From contig JACPKK010000001.1 in the NCBI GenBank assembly GCA_016187105.1, forward strand, positions 1 to 52,130: a stretch of DNA of 52,130 nt. The letters run 5' to 3'. Positions within the stretch are counted from its first letter, which is position 1. Every line of letters starts with the position of its first letter. The notes under the pieces were generated by a model. The model saw only the letters and a list, made by a program, of their open reading frames with translations. It had not been told where the DNA came from and did not search any database. Both the position numbers and the translations under genes were made by a program. Below are positions 1-10,292 of the stretch, piece by piece. The DNA comes from Candidatus Curtissbacteria bacterium. Lineage in GTDB: Bacteria; Patescibacteriota; Microgenomatia; Curtissbacterales; GWA2-41-24.

Positions 1-1050
1 CCATGATATGAATGTCGGCATGAGCAAGTACCAATCCTGTTCGGATAAGCGTCGGCCTATCAGATTCTTTGCAACATGAATCCCGAGGAGATCGCAGTAA
101 AGTTCGGAAACTGTTGAATATTGTCCTTTTAGTCTGCTTTCGTCGCCTGGTCTGCGTATTAAAGGATGGCAAGTTTCATGAGCAAAAAGGAAGATTCTTG
201 AAACTCCTTCTAAATGGTCATCTTCAAATTCTTTCGATGCCGGAAGAATCGAGTGAAGAGCGGCTAATCTATTTTGAAAGCGTGCGTGAAAAGATGGTGC
301 GAAAATCGTTACCTTTGAACCGTATTTTTCTCTCCAGTCTGCCTGGCACGGGAGATTATTAGCGCTCCAGCCTATCGAAGCCAGACCTGAAAATATTCTT
401 GTTTTGTCCACCCTTGCTCTTATCGGGCTTCCGTTCCATCCATAAACAGCCAGAAAACTATTTATAAACTGTTGTGCTTCTTGCGTCTGTTCTCTGTCAA
501 TGATTCCTGACCATGATAAATATGCGTATTTGCGGCTAAAAAGCTTATCTATGTATCGATCATAGGGGCCGATAACAATATCTACAGTTGGTTCTGGATT
601 TGCAATCCAGACTTTCTCGCTTTTTTCATAATCGCCATCGAGTAAGGATTGGGACCGTAAGATCAAATAATTTTTAAGATCTTGGTCTTCACAGATTTCT
701 GCTGCTTCAATCAATTTCTCAACCACTGGCACAAGTAATTGATGATATTGATGATGGTAAGGAATTGCGGTTAGCTTGCCATCACCAGCCCTTTTTACTG
801 TTGTATACTCGGATAAAATTTCTGGATTTTGGTTGGCGGCTTCTTCTATTTCTTTAGCGGTGGCATCATGAGGATAAAGATTTGCGCCGGGAAATAAGTC
901 GTTTTGTTGTTCCTCGTAAATTGGTGCGGTACCTACGGCAGCTTCAACAAGTCTTTCTGATAGCTGACGTTCTACTTCGGTTAAACCACTTAGCTGTATT
1001 TCAAATCTTCTGATAAAATTGGGTTCTGATACTGCTGTTCTTTCTACCAT
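1..1050 (-). CDS. Peptidase M49 (DPP III)-like zinc metallopeptidase, paralog of 2579..3940; truncated by the window edge and absent from the ORF track
   Basis: Open frame from ATG at 1050 to position 1, checked codon by codon: MVERTAVSEPNF...GANLYPHDAT...AIPYH...IGPYDRYIDKLF...NLPCQ...HETCHPL...SELYCD. It is colinear with the 453-aa neighbour. Confidence 0.85.
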   Translation of the reverse strand, partial: MVERTAVSEPNFIRRFEIQLSGLTEVERQLSERLVEAAVGTAPIYEEQQNDLFPGANLYPHDATAKEIEEAANQNPEILSEYTTVKRAGDGKLTAIPYHHQYHQLLVPVVEKLIEAAEICEDQDLKNYLILRSQSLLDGDYEKSEKVWIANPEPTVDIVIGPYDRYIDKLFSRKYAYLSWSGIIDREQTQEAQQFINSFLAVYGWNGSPIRARVDKTRIFSGLASIGWSANNLPCQADWREKYGSKVTIFAPSFHARFQNRLAALHSILPASKEFEDDHLEGVSRIFLFAHETCHPLIRRPGDESRLKGQYSTVSELYCDLLGIHVAKNLIGRRLSEQDWYLLMPTFISW

Positions 1051-1137
1051 GAATCTCTTTGAGAGCGAGTTTATACGGGAAGTTTGCCGACCTCGTTAAT
1101 TAAGTTTTGGTGCAGAGGGATTAAGCAGCGTTTGATC

Positions 1138-2544
1138 TCACCTAGCCAAAAATTGTTCCCATGACTGCGTACTGGCTCTGCCGTACTGACCCCTATGTTC
1201 CGAAGACAGCATATTATTTACAAAATTTAGCTCTTGCTGGGGAGTAACCGGCTGCCGGAATATGAGACGCAAAAGTCTTCTTCTGCCATCATAATTTAGA
1301 CTTTGGGCCATCCATTTATGCATCGCAAATCCGATTCCGTAAGCATAAAGGTACGCTCGGAAAATTGGGTCTTCTGTCCTGTCTTTAATTTGTTTTGCTA
1401 TCTCTTCATCTGTTTCGGCAGGACAATAATGTCGAATATACTCCCTGACCTCTTCTTCGGGTATTGTTTCACCGTCACTAATCCGCTTGTGGATATTGTT
1501 ATAAACCATTTGCCTTAGCCCTTCAGCTTCAAGCTCAAATTTTGCCCCTTCTGTAAGTTTTTCTGATATACCGTCAACAAATAAATGGAGTGTTTGGGCT
1601 ATGCCTTCTGCTGTTATCTGTTCAGGGTCAAAAACTGTAGTTACTCCAAGAATCGGGATTAATCTCGGATTGTTTAACCAGCCAAACATTTGGCCGAAAT
1701 GGGCGGCAATTTCGTGCGGTACCATGGATTCAATTTTACTTATCGTCAGTCTTTGTGCATGTCTTGCGTGGGTGTTTACTCTAAGGCGAAACCTTTCTCT
1801 ATTGCCGTCTGCCCAGTTTATCCAGTATTCGTCTCTATTGTCGGTTTCCGCAACAAAATTCGGAGTAAAATCCCGACCAATAATCCTCGACAATTCTCCA
1901 AGTAAGTCTTGCCCAGACGTCTGCATTAATCCAGGAATTTCTGCAGGGTCTATCAGCTGGGATCTTCGAAAAGCCTCTATAGATTCACGGTCATAACTAC
2001 TCCATCCCAATAAAGCAAACGTTTCTCTCACGTCCTGCAATTGCCCTTCTAATCTTCTTTCCCCAATTAAGACCGGTTCTATGCCCATAAGCTCTCGTAT
2101 GTAATCTGTAGGGGATATTTCTAAGGTATTTGCAAAATTTACACCATAAAATGTTTCAAAAGCTCTTAATTTTGCCTTAAGGAAGTCAATCTGCATCTGT
2201 AAACCTTCATCGTCGGAGGGCGGAAGTGCTTCTACGGTATGTCTATATGATTGCAGTTGATCGATTATTCTTACTGCTCTCTCCTGTGTAATAGGGCTAT
2301 AGATGGCGGTAATTGCTTTACTTGTTCCGTCGTCAAATAATGGTGACGCGAGATCAAAATCTATAATGCCGCCATCTTCCTCTCCAACTATTTTGCTGGA
2401 TGCATGAACGACGCGGAAAAGAGCAACAATATTGGGAGAAGTTACTTCCCTAAGATTTTCTGCCTCTTCTCTAGATAGACCCTGTCCACCATTTAGTACT
2501 GGTCCACCATTTAGTACTGGTTCACCATTTGGTCTCTCTACCAT
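1138..2544 (-). CDS. Hypothetical zinc metallopeptidase-like protein (HExxxH plus downstream EG motif; DUF885/DUF1704-like gluzincin)
   Basis: Motifs HEIAAH, TAEGIAQ and YLYAYGIG. The family assignment is inferred from motif spacing only. Confidence 0.55.
   Translation of the reverse strand: MVERPNGEPVLNGGPVLNGGQGLSREEAENLREVTSPNIVALFRVVHASSKIVGEEDGGIIDFDLASPLFDDGTSKAITAIYSPITQERAVRIIDQLQSYRHTVEALPPSDDEGLQMQIDFLKAKLRAFETFYGVNFANTLEISPTDYIRELMGIEPVLIGERRLEGQLQDVRETFALLGWSSYDRESIEAFRRSQLIDPAEIPGLMQTSGQDLLGELSRIIGRDFTPNFVAETDNRDEYWINWADGNRERFRLRVNTHARHAQRLTISKIESMVPHEIAAHFGQMFGWLNNPRLIPILGVTTVFDPEQITAEGIAQTLHLFVDGISEKLTEGAKFELEAEGLRQMVYNNIHKRISDGETIPEEEVREYIRHYCPAETDEEIAKQIKDRTEDPIFRAYLYAYGIGFAMHKWMAQSLNYDGRRRLLRLIFRQPVTPQQELNFVNNMLSSEHRGQYGRASTQSWEQFLAR
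2485..2530. repeat. 18-bp tandem repeat (about 2.5 copies) inside the CDS, encoding PVLNGG
   Basis: tccaccatttagtactgg twice, then ttcaccattt. Confidence 0.9.
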
Positions 2545-2578
2545 GTTTTATATTTAAATAGAGGCAAATTATAGCGCT

Positions 2579-3940
2579 TTAGATGAGGTTCTTCAAGTTT
2601 GGTCTGAAGCGTTCGAAGATTTCCAGGGAACCATATTTTTCGACGACGTGCTTGGCTTCGTTATAGCTTCCCATGGAAATTAATGTCTCAAGAGAATCTG
2701 ATAATTCTTCAAGCGCTAGGAACATTTTATTGAAGTTTGGCCATGAAAATCCGCCAGATTCAATGATTGCCCCATTTTCTAAAAAGAAGTTAATGGCAAT
2801 AGCAAAACCTTGAGCATAATGAACGACGCCAGGTTCTTTGAGGTAGGAAATCCACCAGGAAAAAGCCCTGGCGACAAACGTGACCATTATGGCCTCGAGC
2901 TCTTTTTGGCTGATAACATCTTTTAACAGCAACGACCCACATGCTTTGACTCCAAAAACCGAAGCTGCTATTTCGTCAAAGACTGGGAAGTATTCTTTAA
3001 GTCTGTCTTCTGCGTCCCTATATCTTAGAAGCGGATGGCTGATCTCGTGGAGATATGAATTTCGAAGTGAACCCAGCCTTAAAATTTCAGCGGGGTAGCC
3101 TTGCTGAAACTTCTCTTCAAAAATAGCGTGGAAGATGGGACGATGTTCTGTGTCGAATTTTTTATTGAACGACTCTTTAAAAATGGTTATTTCAGAACCG
3201 TATCTTTCCATCAGCTTGACGTCATTTGGAAGGTTGGAGCTTGTGAACATGAAGTGGGCGATTAAGCCGGAGAAAATTAGAGTATTATCTACCCTAACCT
3301 GAATTTTATTTAAAAAGTCTACTTTCTCGGAGGGGGTTAAAGTTCTTCTCCTTGCACTGACAATAAAATCTTTAAAACGCACAGCATCTTCAGTTTGTTT
3401 TTCATCCATAATTCCGACCCAGGCCTGGTAGGAACATTTGGTAAAAAATAGTTGGTCATTGTATCTTTCAATTGGGCCAATTGCGATATCAATTTTGTAA
3501 GGCTTCATGGTGAGCCAGTAAATGTCGCTAACCTCGTACGTACCATCAAGAAGGGCATTTGCTTGAGTGTGGAGCCTTTTGGCAAAATCCCTATTTTGGG
3601 TAAGATCTGCCGCTTCTTTTAAGAGGTGCGCAACTTTCTCCAGCTGGGTTTTGTATTTTACGTGGTATGGAATAGCTATTAGCTTCCCATCTTTTGACCT
3701 TTCTACTACCGTATATGGAGAAAGGATACTGCGGTCATTTTTGTCGGCGGCGGCGATTTCATCACGTGTTGCATCGTGCGGGTAGAAATTTGCGCCTGAA
3801 TGGGCGACATTTTCCTGCTTTTGGTAAATTGGTGCGATAGCTTTTGCCGCTTCAATTAACTTTTTAACGACTTTTTTTTCAGAAGCAGTTAGCCCATGGT
3901 CGGCCTTTGATTTAAAAATGACAATTGAACCGTTTTTCAT
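2579..3940 (-). CDS. Peptidase M49 (dipeptidyl peptidase III)-like protein with an HEXXH motif
   Basis: GANFYPHD, IPYH, IGPIERYNDQLF, NLPND, HEISH and downstream DEIAA resemble atypical HEXXH-type DPP III. The start overlaps the greA stop (ATGA). Confidence 0.75.
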   Translation of the reverse strand: MKNGSIVIFKSKADHGLTASEKKVVKKLIEAAKAIAPIYQKQENVAHSGANFYPHDATRDEIAAADKNDRSILSPYTVVERSKDGKLIAIPYHVKYKTQLEKVAHLLKEAADLTQNRDFAKRLHTQANALLDGTYEVSDIYWLTMKPYKIDIAIGPIERYNDQLFFTKCSYQAWVGIMDEKQTEDAVRFKDFIVSARRRTLTPSEKVDFLNKIQVRVDNTLIFSGLIAHFMFTSSNLPNDVKLMERYGSEITIFKESFNKKFDTEHRPIFHAIFEEKFQQGYPAEILRLGSLRNSYLHEISHPLLRYRDAEDRLKEYFPVFDEIAASVFGVKACGSLLLKDVISQKELEAIMVTFVARAFSWWISYLKEPGVVHYAQGFAIAINFFLENGAIIESGGFSWPNFNKMFLALEELSDSLETLISMGSYNEAKHVVEKYGSLEIFERFRPNLKNLI

Positions 3941-4401
3941 AAAATCTCCAGCACTCTGACCCTACTTTTAACCGGCCCGACAGCAATCTCGATTGTCTCC
4001 CCTACTTTTAAACCCAAAATGGCTTTGCCGACAGGTGATTCGTTGGAAATCTTCTTCTCGGCCGGGTTTGCTTCCATGGAGCCGACTATTTGAAATTTAT
4101 GGACTTCGTCGTTCATCTCCACAACGACGGTGGAGCCAATGACAACGAAATCTGTTTTTGGGGCCGCCTCGATGACTTGGGCGGAGTGAAGAACGTCTTC
4201 GAGTTGAGAGATTCTGGTTTCTATGAGAGATTGATCTTCCTTGGCGGCATCGTATTCGGAGTTTTCGGCAAGGTCCCCGAATTCCCTGGCCCTTTTAATT
4301 CTGGCAACTACGTCCGGCCTTTTCTTTCGTACCAGCTCTTCGTATTCTCTTTTTACTTCTGTAAGACCTTCGCGGGTGAGGCTCCAACCGGAGTTGCGAA
4401 T
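3937..4401 (-). CDS. greA: Transcription elongation factor GreA; no canonical start codon (ATT start or disrupted 5' end)
   Basis: The frame reads LTREG...ARIKRAREFGDLAENSEYDAAKEDQ...ISNESPVGKAILG. Upstream in frame: TGA AAG ATT(4401) CGC AAC TCC GGT TGG AGC CTC. The ORF track reports only the last 61 aa. Confidence 0.85.
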   Translation of the reverse strand: MRNSGWSLTREGLTEVKREYEELVRKKRPDVVARIKRAREFGDLAENSEYDAAKEDQSLIETRISQLEDVLHSAQVIEAAPKTDFVVIGSTVVVEMNDEVHKFQIVGSMEANPAEKKISNESPVGKAILGLKVGETIEIAVGPVKSRVRVLEIL

Positions 4402-4545
4402 CTTTCAGATTCCGCATTTTTCTACACTTCTACTGAAATCGTTGTTTCAGTAGAGTTCCGAAAAACCGAACCAATGGTCAACTCTTGAGGAAGCACAAAA
4501 TTACTTTGGACTTCACCAAAATAATTTTGTGGCTCCAACCGGAGT
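4380..4545. repeat. 15-bp direct repeat of the tRNA-Glu 3' end (att-like) flanking a hairpin-rich segment
   Basis: ggctccaaccggagt at 4380-4394 and 4531-4545. Confidence 0.8.
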
Positions 4546-4602
4546 CGAACCGGTGTTACTAGGATGAGAACCTAGCGTCCTGGGCCACTAGACGATGGAG
4601 CC
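4530..4602 (-). tRNA. tRNA-Glu(CTC); CCA not encoded
   Basis: Acceptor stem GGCTCCA/TGGAGCC, anticodon arm CTAGG-TTCTCAT-CCTAG, T loop GGTTCGACTCC. Confidence 0.95.
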
Positions 4603-4683
4603 AAGCCGTGCTGATTATATCAGCCGCCAAGTTTGCGGAGCAAGGCCTTCTGATATATAATCTGCTGGATTCTTTGATCTGAT

Positions 4684-5379
4684 ATGCGAGTAGTTTCAGT
4701 CTGCCTTGTATCATTTTTGCTGTTTTTTTACACTCTCGCTCCCGCTCGTGCTGCTTTTGAAATTGAATTTCCGCAAGTCAGCGATGGGCAGATTAACGAA
4801 GCCTTATTAAAGACCGTGCCCCTTAGGCTTATTCCTTCCAATCCTTTTTATTTTTTGATCAGCGTCAAAGAGGCAATTTTGTGGAGTTTTCAGCCATCGA
4901 GCGCCAAACGGACGGAACTGGATATGGTTCTTGCCGGCAAGAGACTTAAAGAATCTTACCTTTTAGTTAATAGGGGGGATATCAAAAATGCCAGTACCAA
5001 TATGACCCGATACGCCCAAAAAATCGGGAAAATGACGGGAGGACTTGCGAAAGCAAGGCTGCAAAAACAGGATGTCTCCACTTTAGTTTCGGAGATTGCG
5101 GAGGATATGAAAAGCCATGAAGTCTTGTTTTTTGCAATTAAAAAGAGGGCCGAGGGCCTAGGTGATGATTACGGTTTTTCCAAAAACTACAATAGCGCGG
5201 CGGCGGCTTTTGTTGATGCGGTCGCGGCGCTTGATAATTTTCGGCCGGGAATCAAGGACAGGTTTAAAAGCGCCAGCGAATCGGCAGAAGTCCGAAAAAC
5301 TTTATTTGACAGCGCCCCTAAATCTCCAGGTTTTATTGAGGCTTCGCCATCTGTTAAGCCAAGAAAAATTATTTACTAG
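4684..5379 (+). CDS. Exported helical protein, DUF5667-like
   Basis: N-terminal signal peptide; PSNPFYFL..VKE...F....KR..L...A.KRL.E pattern. Confidence 0.6.
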   Translation: MRVVSVCLVSFLLFFYTLAPARAAFEIEFPQVSDGQINEALLKTVPLRLIPSNPFYFLISVKEAILWSFQPSSAKRTELDMVLAGKRLKESYLLVNRGDIKNASTNMTRYAQKIGKMTGGLAKARLQKQDVSTLVSEIAEDMKSHEVLFFAIKKRAEGLGDDYGFSKNYNSAAAAFVDAVAALDNFRPGIKDRFKSASESAEVRKTLFDSAPKSPGFIEASPSVKPRKIIY

Positions 5380-5435
5380 GAAAAATTTTTAATTTCTAAT
5401 TTTTAATTTCTAAACTTAAAAGAAAATTCTAGGCA

Positions 5436-5509
5436 GATTCTGGACAAGCCCTTCGATTACACTCAGGGCAGTTGAAGGGCAGTGAGTTATATCGAACTGC
5501 CAGAATGAC
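5436..5509 (+). repeat. 74-bp dispersed composite REP-like element, copy 1
   Basis: gattctggacaagcccttcgattacactcagggcagttgaagggcagtgagttatatcgaactgccagaatgac; near-identical copies at 28762 and 37139. Confidence 0.95.
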
Positions 5510-5585
5510 AAGAGAAAGACTGCTTCGCGGCTTTGTTCATAAAGATTGCCACGCCCCTTGGACTCGCAATGACAGGGTGCTTGGG

Positions 5586-7592
5586 TTAGACCAGGAATGG
5601 GATGAGGAGCAAGGCGACGATGTTTATTATTTTTATCATGGGGTTGATGGCTGGGCCCGCAGTATCTTTATAAGGATCGCCGACTGTGTCGCCCGTTACT
5701 GCGGCTTTGTGAGTTTCTGAACCTTTGCCGCCAAGTTTGCCCGACTCTATATATTTTTTAGCATTGTCCCAAGCCGCGCCTCCGGTTGTCATGGAAATGG
5801 CGACAAAAATTCCGGAAACTATCGCGCCTATTAAAAGCCCGCCGAGAGCCTTTGGCCCTAAAGTCAGGCCGACAATAAGGGGGGAAATGACGGGAATCAT
5901 GGCGGGAACAACCATCAGCCTTAAGGCTTTTTGGGTAACAATATCAACTGCTTTGTCGTACTGGGGTTTTTGGGTTCCTTTTAAGATACCGGGGATCTCC
6001 TTAAACTGTCGCCTGACCTCGTCTACGACTGCGCCGCCTGCTTTGCCGACTGCACTAAGGGCATAGGAAGCGAATAAAAACGGCAAGGAAGCACCAATTA
6101 ATAGGCCGATTAGGACTCTAGGGTCAGAAAGCGAAAATTCAACGCCAGCACTTTGTAATGCCAGCTCTTGGGAATAGGCGGCAAAAAGGACTAAGGAGGC
6201 GAGAGCGGCAGAGGCAATGGCATAGCCTTTGGTAACAGCTTTGGTGGTATTGCCGACGGCATCGAGCGCATCGGTAACTTTTCTGACTTGAGAGGGAAGG
6301 TTGGCCATTTCGGCGATGCCGCCGGCGTTATCGGTAATGGGGCCGAAGGCATCGATGGCCACGATGATTGCGGTTAAAGAAAGCATGGACGTTGCGGCAA
6401 TCGCTACACCATAGACTCCGGCAAGGGTAAACGAGGCCAGAATGCCGGCACAAATCACAAGAACCGGCCAAAAAGTAGAACGCATGGAGAGGGCAAGGCC
6501 GGCGATAATATTGGTGGCGTGCCCGGTTTGTGAGGCGGCGGCAATTGACTGGACCGGCTTATATTTGGTTGCAGTGTAGTACTCTGTAATAAAAACCATA
6601 AAAATGGTAACAGCAATACCAATTATGGAAGTCAGGTAAATATTAAGCGGGTCATAAATACCGTTGGCATTTAACATAATTTGCGTCGCCGGATAAAAGG
6701 CCACGGCGGACAAGGCGGCGGCCACAATTAAACCGATGTAAAGGGCTGCCATGATGTTTTTATTTTTAGGCAACCTGACGAAGAATGTACTGATAATCGT
6801 GGCAAGGAGCGCGATGCTTCCCAAAACAACCGGATAAAGAATTGCCCCCAGTGAATCCTTAAAAACGTGTGAGCCAAGAAGCATGGCGGCGATTATGGTG
6901 ACAGCGTAAGTTTCGAAAAGGTCGGCGGCCATGCCGGCGCAATCGCCGACATTATCACCAACGTTATCAGCAATGACGGCTGGGTTTCTGGGGTCGTCTT
7001 CGGGAATACCGGCTTCGGTTTTGCCGACGAGATCGGCCCCGACATCGGCACCTTTGGTAAAAATGCCTCCACCTAAACGGGCAAAAATGGAAATTAGCGA
7101 CCCGCCAAAACCAAGGCCGATAAGGCCGGCAGTATCACCGGTGGCGCCAAAAAACCCTGCTACGGAAAGAAGGGAAAGGCCAACAACCAAAAGGCCGGTG
7201 ACCGAACCGCCGCTGAAGGCAACATGCAAAGCTTTTGAAAGGCCAGTTTTGGCAGCTTGAGTGGTACGAACATTGGCCCGAACCGAAATATTCATACCAA
7301 TAAAACCGGAAACGGCAGAGGCGACAGCACCGATGGCAAAACCGACGGCGATAGCGGGCGTTAGGAAAAACCAAATGGCAGCAAAGATAACAACTGCCAC
7401 GGCGGCTATTACCATATACTGCCTTTGGAGGTAGGCCGCGGCGCCTTCGGCTATGGCGTCGGAAATTGCCCGCATTTTAGGAGTTCCAGATGGAAGGGAA
7501 ACAATGCGAAAAGCGGTGATGATACCATATAGAATCGCCGCAACAGAAGCGATTAGGGCAAACGGCAGGCCGACTTGTGGATCGAAATTCAT
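5586..7592 (-). CDS. hppA: Membrane-bound proton-translocating pyrophosphatase, K+-independent type
   Basis: [40 protein letters not shown] and [16 protein letters not shown] has Lys at the K+-dependence position. Confidence 0.95.
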   Translation of the reverse strand: MNFDPQVGLPFALIASVAAILYGIITAFRIVSLPSGTPKMRAISDAIAEGAAAYLQRQYMVIAAVAVVIFAAIWFFLTPAIAVGFAIGAVASAVSGFIGMNISVRANVRTTQAAKTGLSKALHVAFSGGSVTGLLVVGLSLLSVAGFFGATGDTAGLIGLGFGGSLISIFARLGGGIFTKGADVGADLVGKTEAGIPEDDPRNPAVIADNVGDNVGDCAGMAADLFETYAVTIIAAMLLGSHVFKDSLGAILYPVVLGSIALLATIISTFFVRLPKNKNIMAALYIGLIVAAALSAVAFYPATQIMLNANGIYDPLNIYLTSIIGIAVTIFMVFITEYYTATKYKPVQSIAAASQTGHATNIIAGLALSMRSTFWPVLVICAGILASFTLAGVYGVAIAATSMLSLTAIIVAIDAFGPITDNAGGIAEMANLPSQVRKVTDALDAVGNTTKAVTKGYAIASAALASLVLFAAYSQELALQSAGVEFSLSDPRVLIGLLIGASLPFLFASYALSAVGKAGGAVVDEVRRQFKEIPGILKGTQKPQYDKAVDIVTQKALRLMVVPAMIPVISPLIVGLTLGPKALGGLLIGAIVSGIFVAISMTTGGAAWDNAKKYIESGKLGGKGSETHKAAVTGDTVGDPYKDTAGPAINPMIKIINIVALLLIPFLV

Positions 7593-7646
7593 GCAGAATT
7601 AATTAAAACAGGTTTCTAAAAAAGCTAGCAAGGGGCAAGTGGAGAA

Positions 7647-7675
7647 AGGATAACTTTTAGGAACGGCTATGTCAA
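7647..7675 (-). promoter_or_regulatory. Sigma70-type promoter for hppA
   Basis: TTGACA-17nt-TATCCT on the minus strand. Confidence 0.6.
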
Positions 7676-7729
7676 GAGTTATCAGTTTTCGGTTGTCGGA
7701 TAGTTGTCCGTCAGTTATCAGCTAATCGG

Positions 7730-10150
7730 TTAATTGAGTTGAGTTGTTTGAGGAGCGGCAACTGATTCTTTTTGTTTTCCGGATTTTGGTTCTTCGACTT
7801 TTTCTTTAGGAAGAGATTTGGTGAGGGCTACTTTGAGAACTTCGTCCATGTGTTCGGCTAAAATAAACTGGAGATCGCGCTTAACGTTTTTAGGGATGTC
7901 TTCCAGGTCTTTGGCGTTGTGCTTGGGAAGAATGACGGTCGTCAAGCCTGCCCGGTGAGCGGCCAAAACTTTTTCTTTAACGCCACCAATTTCCAGAACA
8001 CGGCCGCGCAACGTCACTTCCCCGGTCATACCAACTTCACGACGAACGGGGATTCTGGTAAGGGCCGAGACTAGGGCTGTTGTTATGGCAATACCGGCCG
8101 AGGGCCCTTCTTTAGGAACGGCGCCTTCCGGAACATGGATATGGATATCGCTTTTGGCAAAAAGGTTTTCGGCAATACCCAAGATTTTAGCCCGGGAGCG
8201 GATATATGAAAGGGCGGCTTGGGCCGATTCTTTCATGACATCGCCAAGCTGGCCGGTTAAAATAAGTTGGCCTTTGCCCGGCATAGGGGTGACTTCGACA
8301 AAAAGGATTTCGCCGCCGGCGGCTGTCACCGAAAGTCCGGTGGTCATGCCAATTTCGTCTTTCTCTTCGGCAATTGCTTTGGTGTATTTAGTCGGCCCTA
8401 AATAGGAGTGAAGCTGTTTGGAGCCGACGCTAATTTTGGTTTTGGCTTTTTGGGTTGCCAGTTTTTTAGCGATTTTCCTAAAAATTGACGCGGCTTCCCT
8501 TTCAAGTTCCCTGACCCCGGCTTCTCTGGTGTAATGAGAGACGATATCCTTTAAAGCACTATCGGAAATTTCAGCTTTTTGGATGTTAAGACCGTGGGCT
8601 TCAAGCTGTTTGGGGATTAAAAAGCGTTTGGCAATATGGAATTTTTCGTCCTCGGTGTAGCCCGGAAAGCTGATAACTTCCAAGCGGTCGCGAAGAGCCG
8701 GCGGAATGGTATCCAGAATATTGGCAGTGGCAATAAAGAGTACGTCGGAAAGGTCGTAAGCGACTTCCAAGTAATGGTCGGAAAAAGAATTATTTTGCTC
8801 CGGGTCGAGGGCTTCTAAGAGGGCGGATGAAGGGTCACCGCGAAAATCAGTGCCGATTTTATCGATTTCATCAAGCATGAAAACCGGATTTTTGGTGCCG
8901 GCGTTTTTAACGCCCTGAATAATCCTGCCCGGCATGGCGCCAACATAAGTTCGGCGGTGGCCGCGGATTTCGGCCTCATCGTGGATACCGCCCAAAGAAA
9001 CTCTAATGAATTTGCGGCCAAGGGCGCGGGCGATGGATTTGCCGATAGATGTTTTGCCGACGCCGGGCGGGCCGACAAAACAAAGAATCGGGCCTTTGAT
9101 TTTGCCAACCAATTTGTGGACGGCCAGATATTCCAAAATCCTTTCTTTAACTTTTGGCAAACCGTAGTGGTCCTCGTCTAAAATTTTGGCGGCCAAATCT
9201 ACGTCGACTGATTTTTTCTTGTCCTGGACGCGCCAAGGCAAATCGACCAGCCACTCCAGATAGGTGCGGATATAGGAGGATTCCGGGTTGTAAGAGGACA
9301 TTTTGGCAAGGCGGGAAAGTTCGCGGTCGGCCTTTGTCCTAACGTCTGTTGGCATTTGGGCTTCTTTAATTTTCTTCCTGAATTCAGTGACTTCCCGGCC
9401 GTCTTCATCTTCACCGAGTTCTTTTTCAATCGACCTCATCTTTTCGCGAAGGATGGCTTCTTTAGTAACACGGCCAACCCTTTCCTGGGTTTCAGTATCG
9501 ATTTTGGAAGAAATTTCCAAAATCCTGATTTCGCGGGTTAGGAGCTCGGAAAGCCGCTCAAGCCTGGCTTTGGTGTCGACCATTTCCAGGATTTGCTGCT
9601 TGTCTTGCGTTTTGAGGTCGATTGAGGCGGAAACGATGTTGACAAGCTGATTAGGGTCGTCAGTTGAAAAGATGTGAATCGAAGATTCGAGGGTTAAGGT
9701 TCCGCCAAGCTCGCCGAATTTTTTGATTTTGGTAAGGATATTTCTAAAAAGAGCTTCGGCTTCATCGGTTTTTTGGGTAAGCTCGGGAATTTCTTCGACT
9801 TTGACGGCAAGGTAGGGGTCAATTTGGGTAAATTCTTTAAGATATACACGGCTAATGCCTTCAACGGCCAGATTATATTCGTTATCAACTTTCCAAAGAC
9901 GGCGAATTAGCCCGACCGTCCCAACGGAGTAGATATCGCCCGGGGCCGGATTTTCGATTCTGGGATTTTTTTGGGCGACAAAAACGGCCAAGTGGTCACT
10001 CGCCCAAGCACTATCAAGGCCAAGTTTTACTTTTGGGCGGCCGACGGTGATTGGAACCATGGATGAGGGAAAGACGACGGTGTCGCGAAGCGGGACGATC
10101 GGCAGTTCGTTTTTAATTCTGGGTTTTTGCTGATCTAAGAATATAGCCAT
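7730..10150 (-). CDS. lon: ATP-dependent Lon protease
   Basis: LON N-domain, Walker A GPPGVGKTS, HRRTYVGAMPG, catalytic PKEGPSAG and IGGVKEK. Confidence 0.97.
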   Translation of the reverse strand: MAIFLDQQKPRIKNELPIVPLRDTVVFPSSMVPITVGRPKVKLGLDSAWASDHLAVFVAQKNPRIENPAPGDIYSVGTVGLIRRLWKVDNEYNLAVEGISRVYLKEFTQIDPYLAVKVEEIPELTQKTDEAEALFRNILTKIKKFGELGGTLTLESSIHIFSTDDPNQLVNIVSASIDLKTQDKQQILEMVDTKARLERLSELLTREIRILEISSKIDTETQERVGRVTKEAILREKMRSIEKELGEDEDGREVTEFRKKIKEAQMPTDVRTKADRELSRLAKMSSYNPESSYIRTYLEWLVDLPWRVQDKKKSVDVDLAAKILDEDHYGLPKVKERILEYLAVHKLVGKIKGPILCFVGPPGVGKTSIGKSIARALGRKFIRVSLGGIHDEAEIRGHRRTYVGAMPGRIIQGVKNAGTKNPVFMLDEIDKIGTDFRGDPSSALLEALDPEQNNSFSDHYLEVAYDLSDVLFIATANILDTIPPALRDRLEVISFPGYTEDEKFHIAKRFLIPKQLEAHGLNIQKAEISDSALKDIVSHYTREAGVRELEREAASIFRKIAKKLATQKAKTKISVGSKQLHSYLGPTKYTKAIAEEKDEIGMTTGLSVTAAGGEILFVEVTPMPGKGQLILTGQLGDVMKESAQAALSYIRSRAKILGIAENLFAKSDIHIHVPEGAVPKEGPSAGIAITTALVSALTRIPVRREVGMTGEVTLRGRVLEIGGVKEKVLAAHRAGLTTVILPKHNAKDLEDIPKNVKRDLQFILAEHMDEVLKVALTKSLPKEKVEEPKSGKQKESVAAPQTTQLN

Positions 10151-10292
10151 GTCACTTTAAGGAGACAACCTGCGGTTTTCTCCTTAATATTCCTCTTTCC
10201 CTAAGTTGAAAAATTTGAACTGGCAAATCCAGATTCAAATTTAATTTTATTAATAGTACCCTTATATTATAACCTAACGTTACTAATATGGG

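Noticed and set aside
69..362. 97-aa plus-strand ORF and the many other short ORFs overlapping long genes
   Set aside because: They are antisense or alternate-frame shadows of well-supported CDS, without motifs or initiation signals.
4402..4410. TGA readthrough (code 25 or Sec) to rescue the greA start
   Set aside because: TGA terminates several intact genes here (nrdJ, lgt, greA itself), and no conserved gene has an internal TGA.
5586..7592. Membrane pyrophosphatase as a novelty
   Set aside because: It is a well-known family with canonical motifs; recorded as a feature only.
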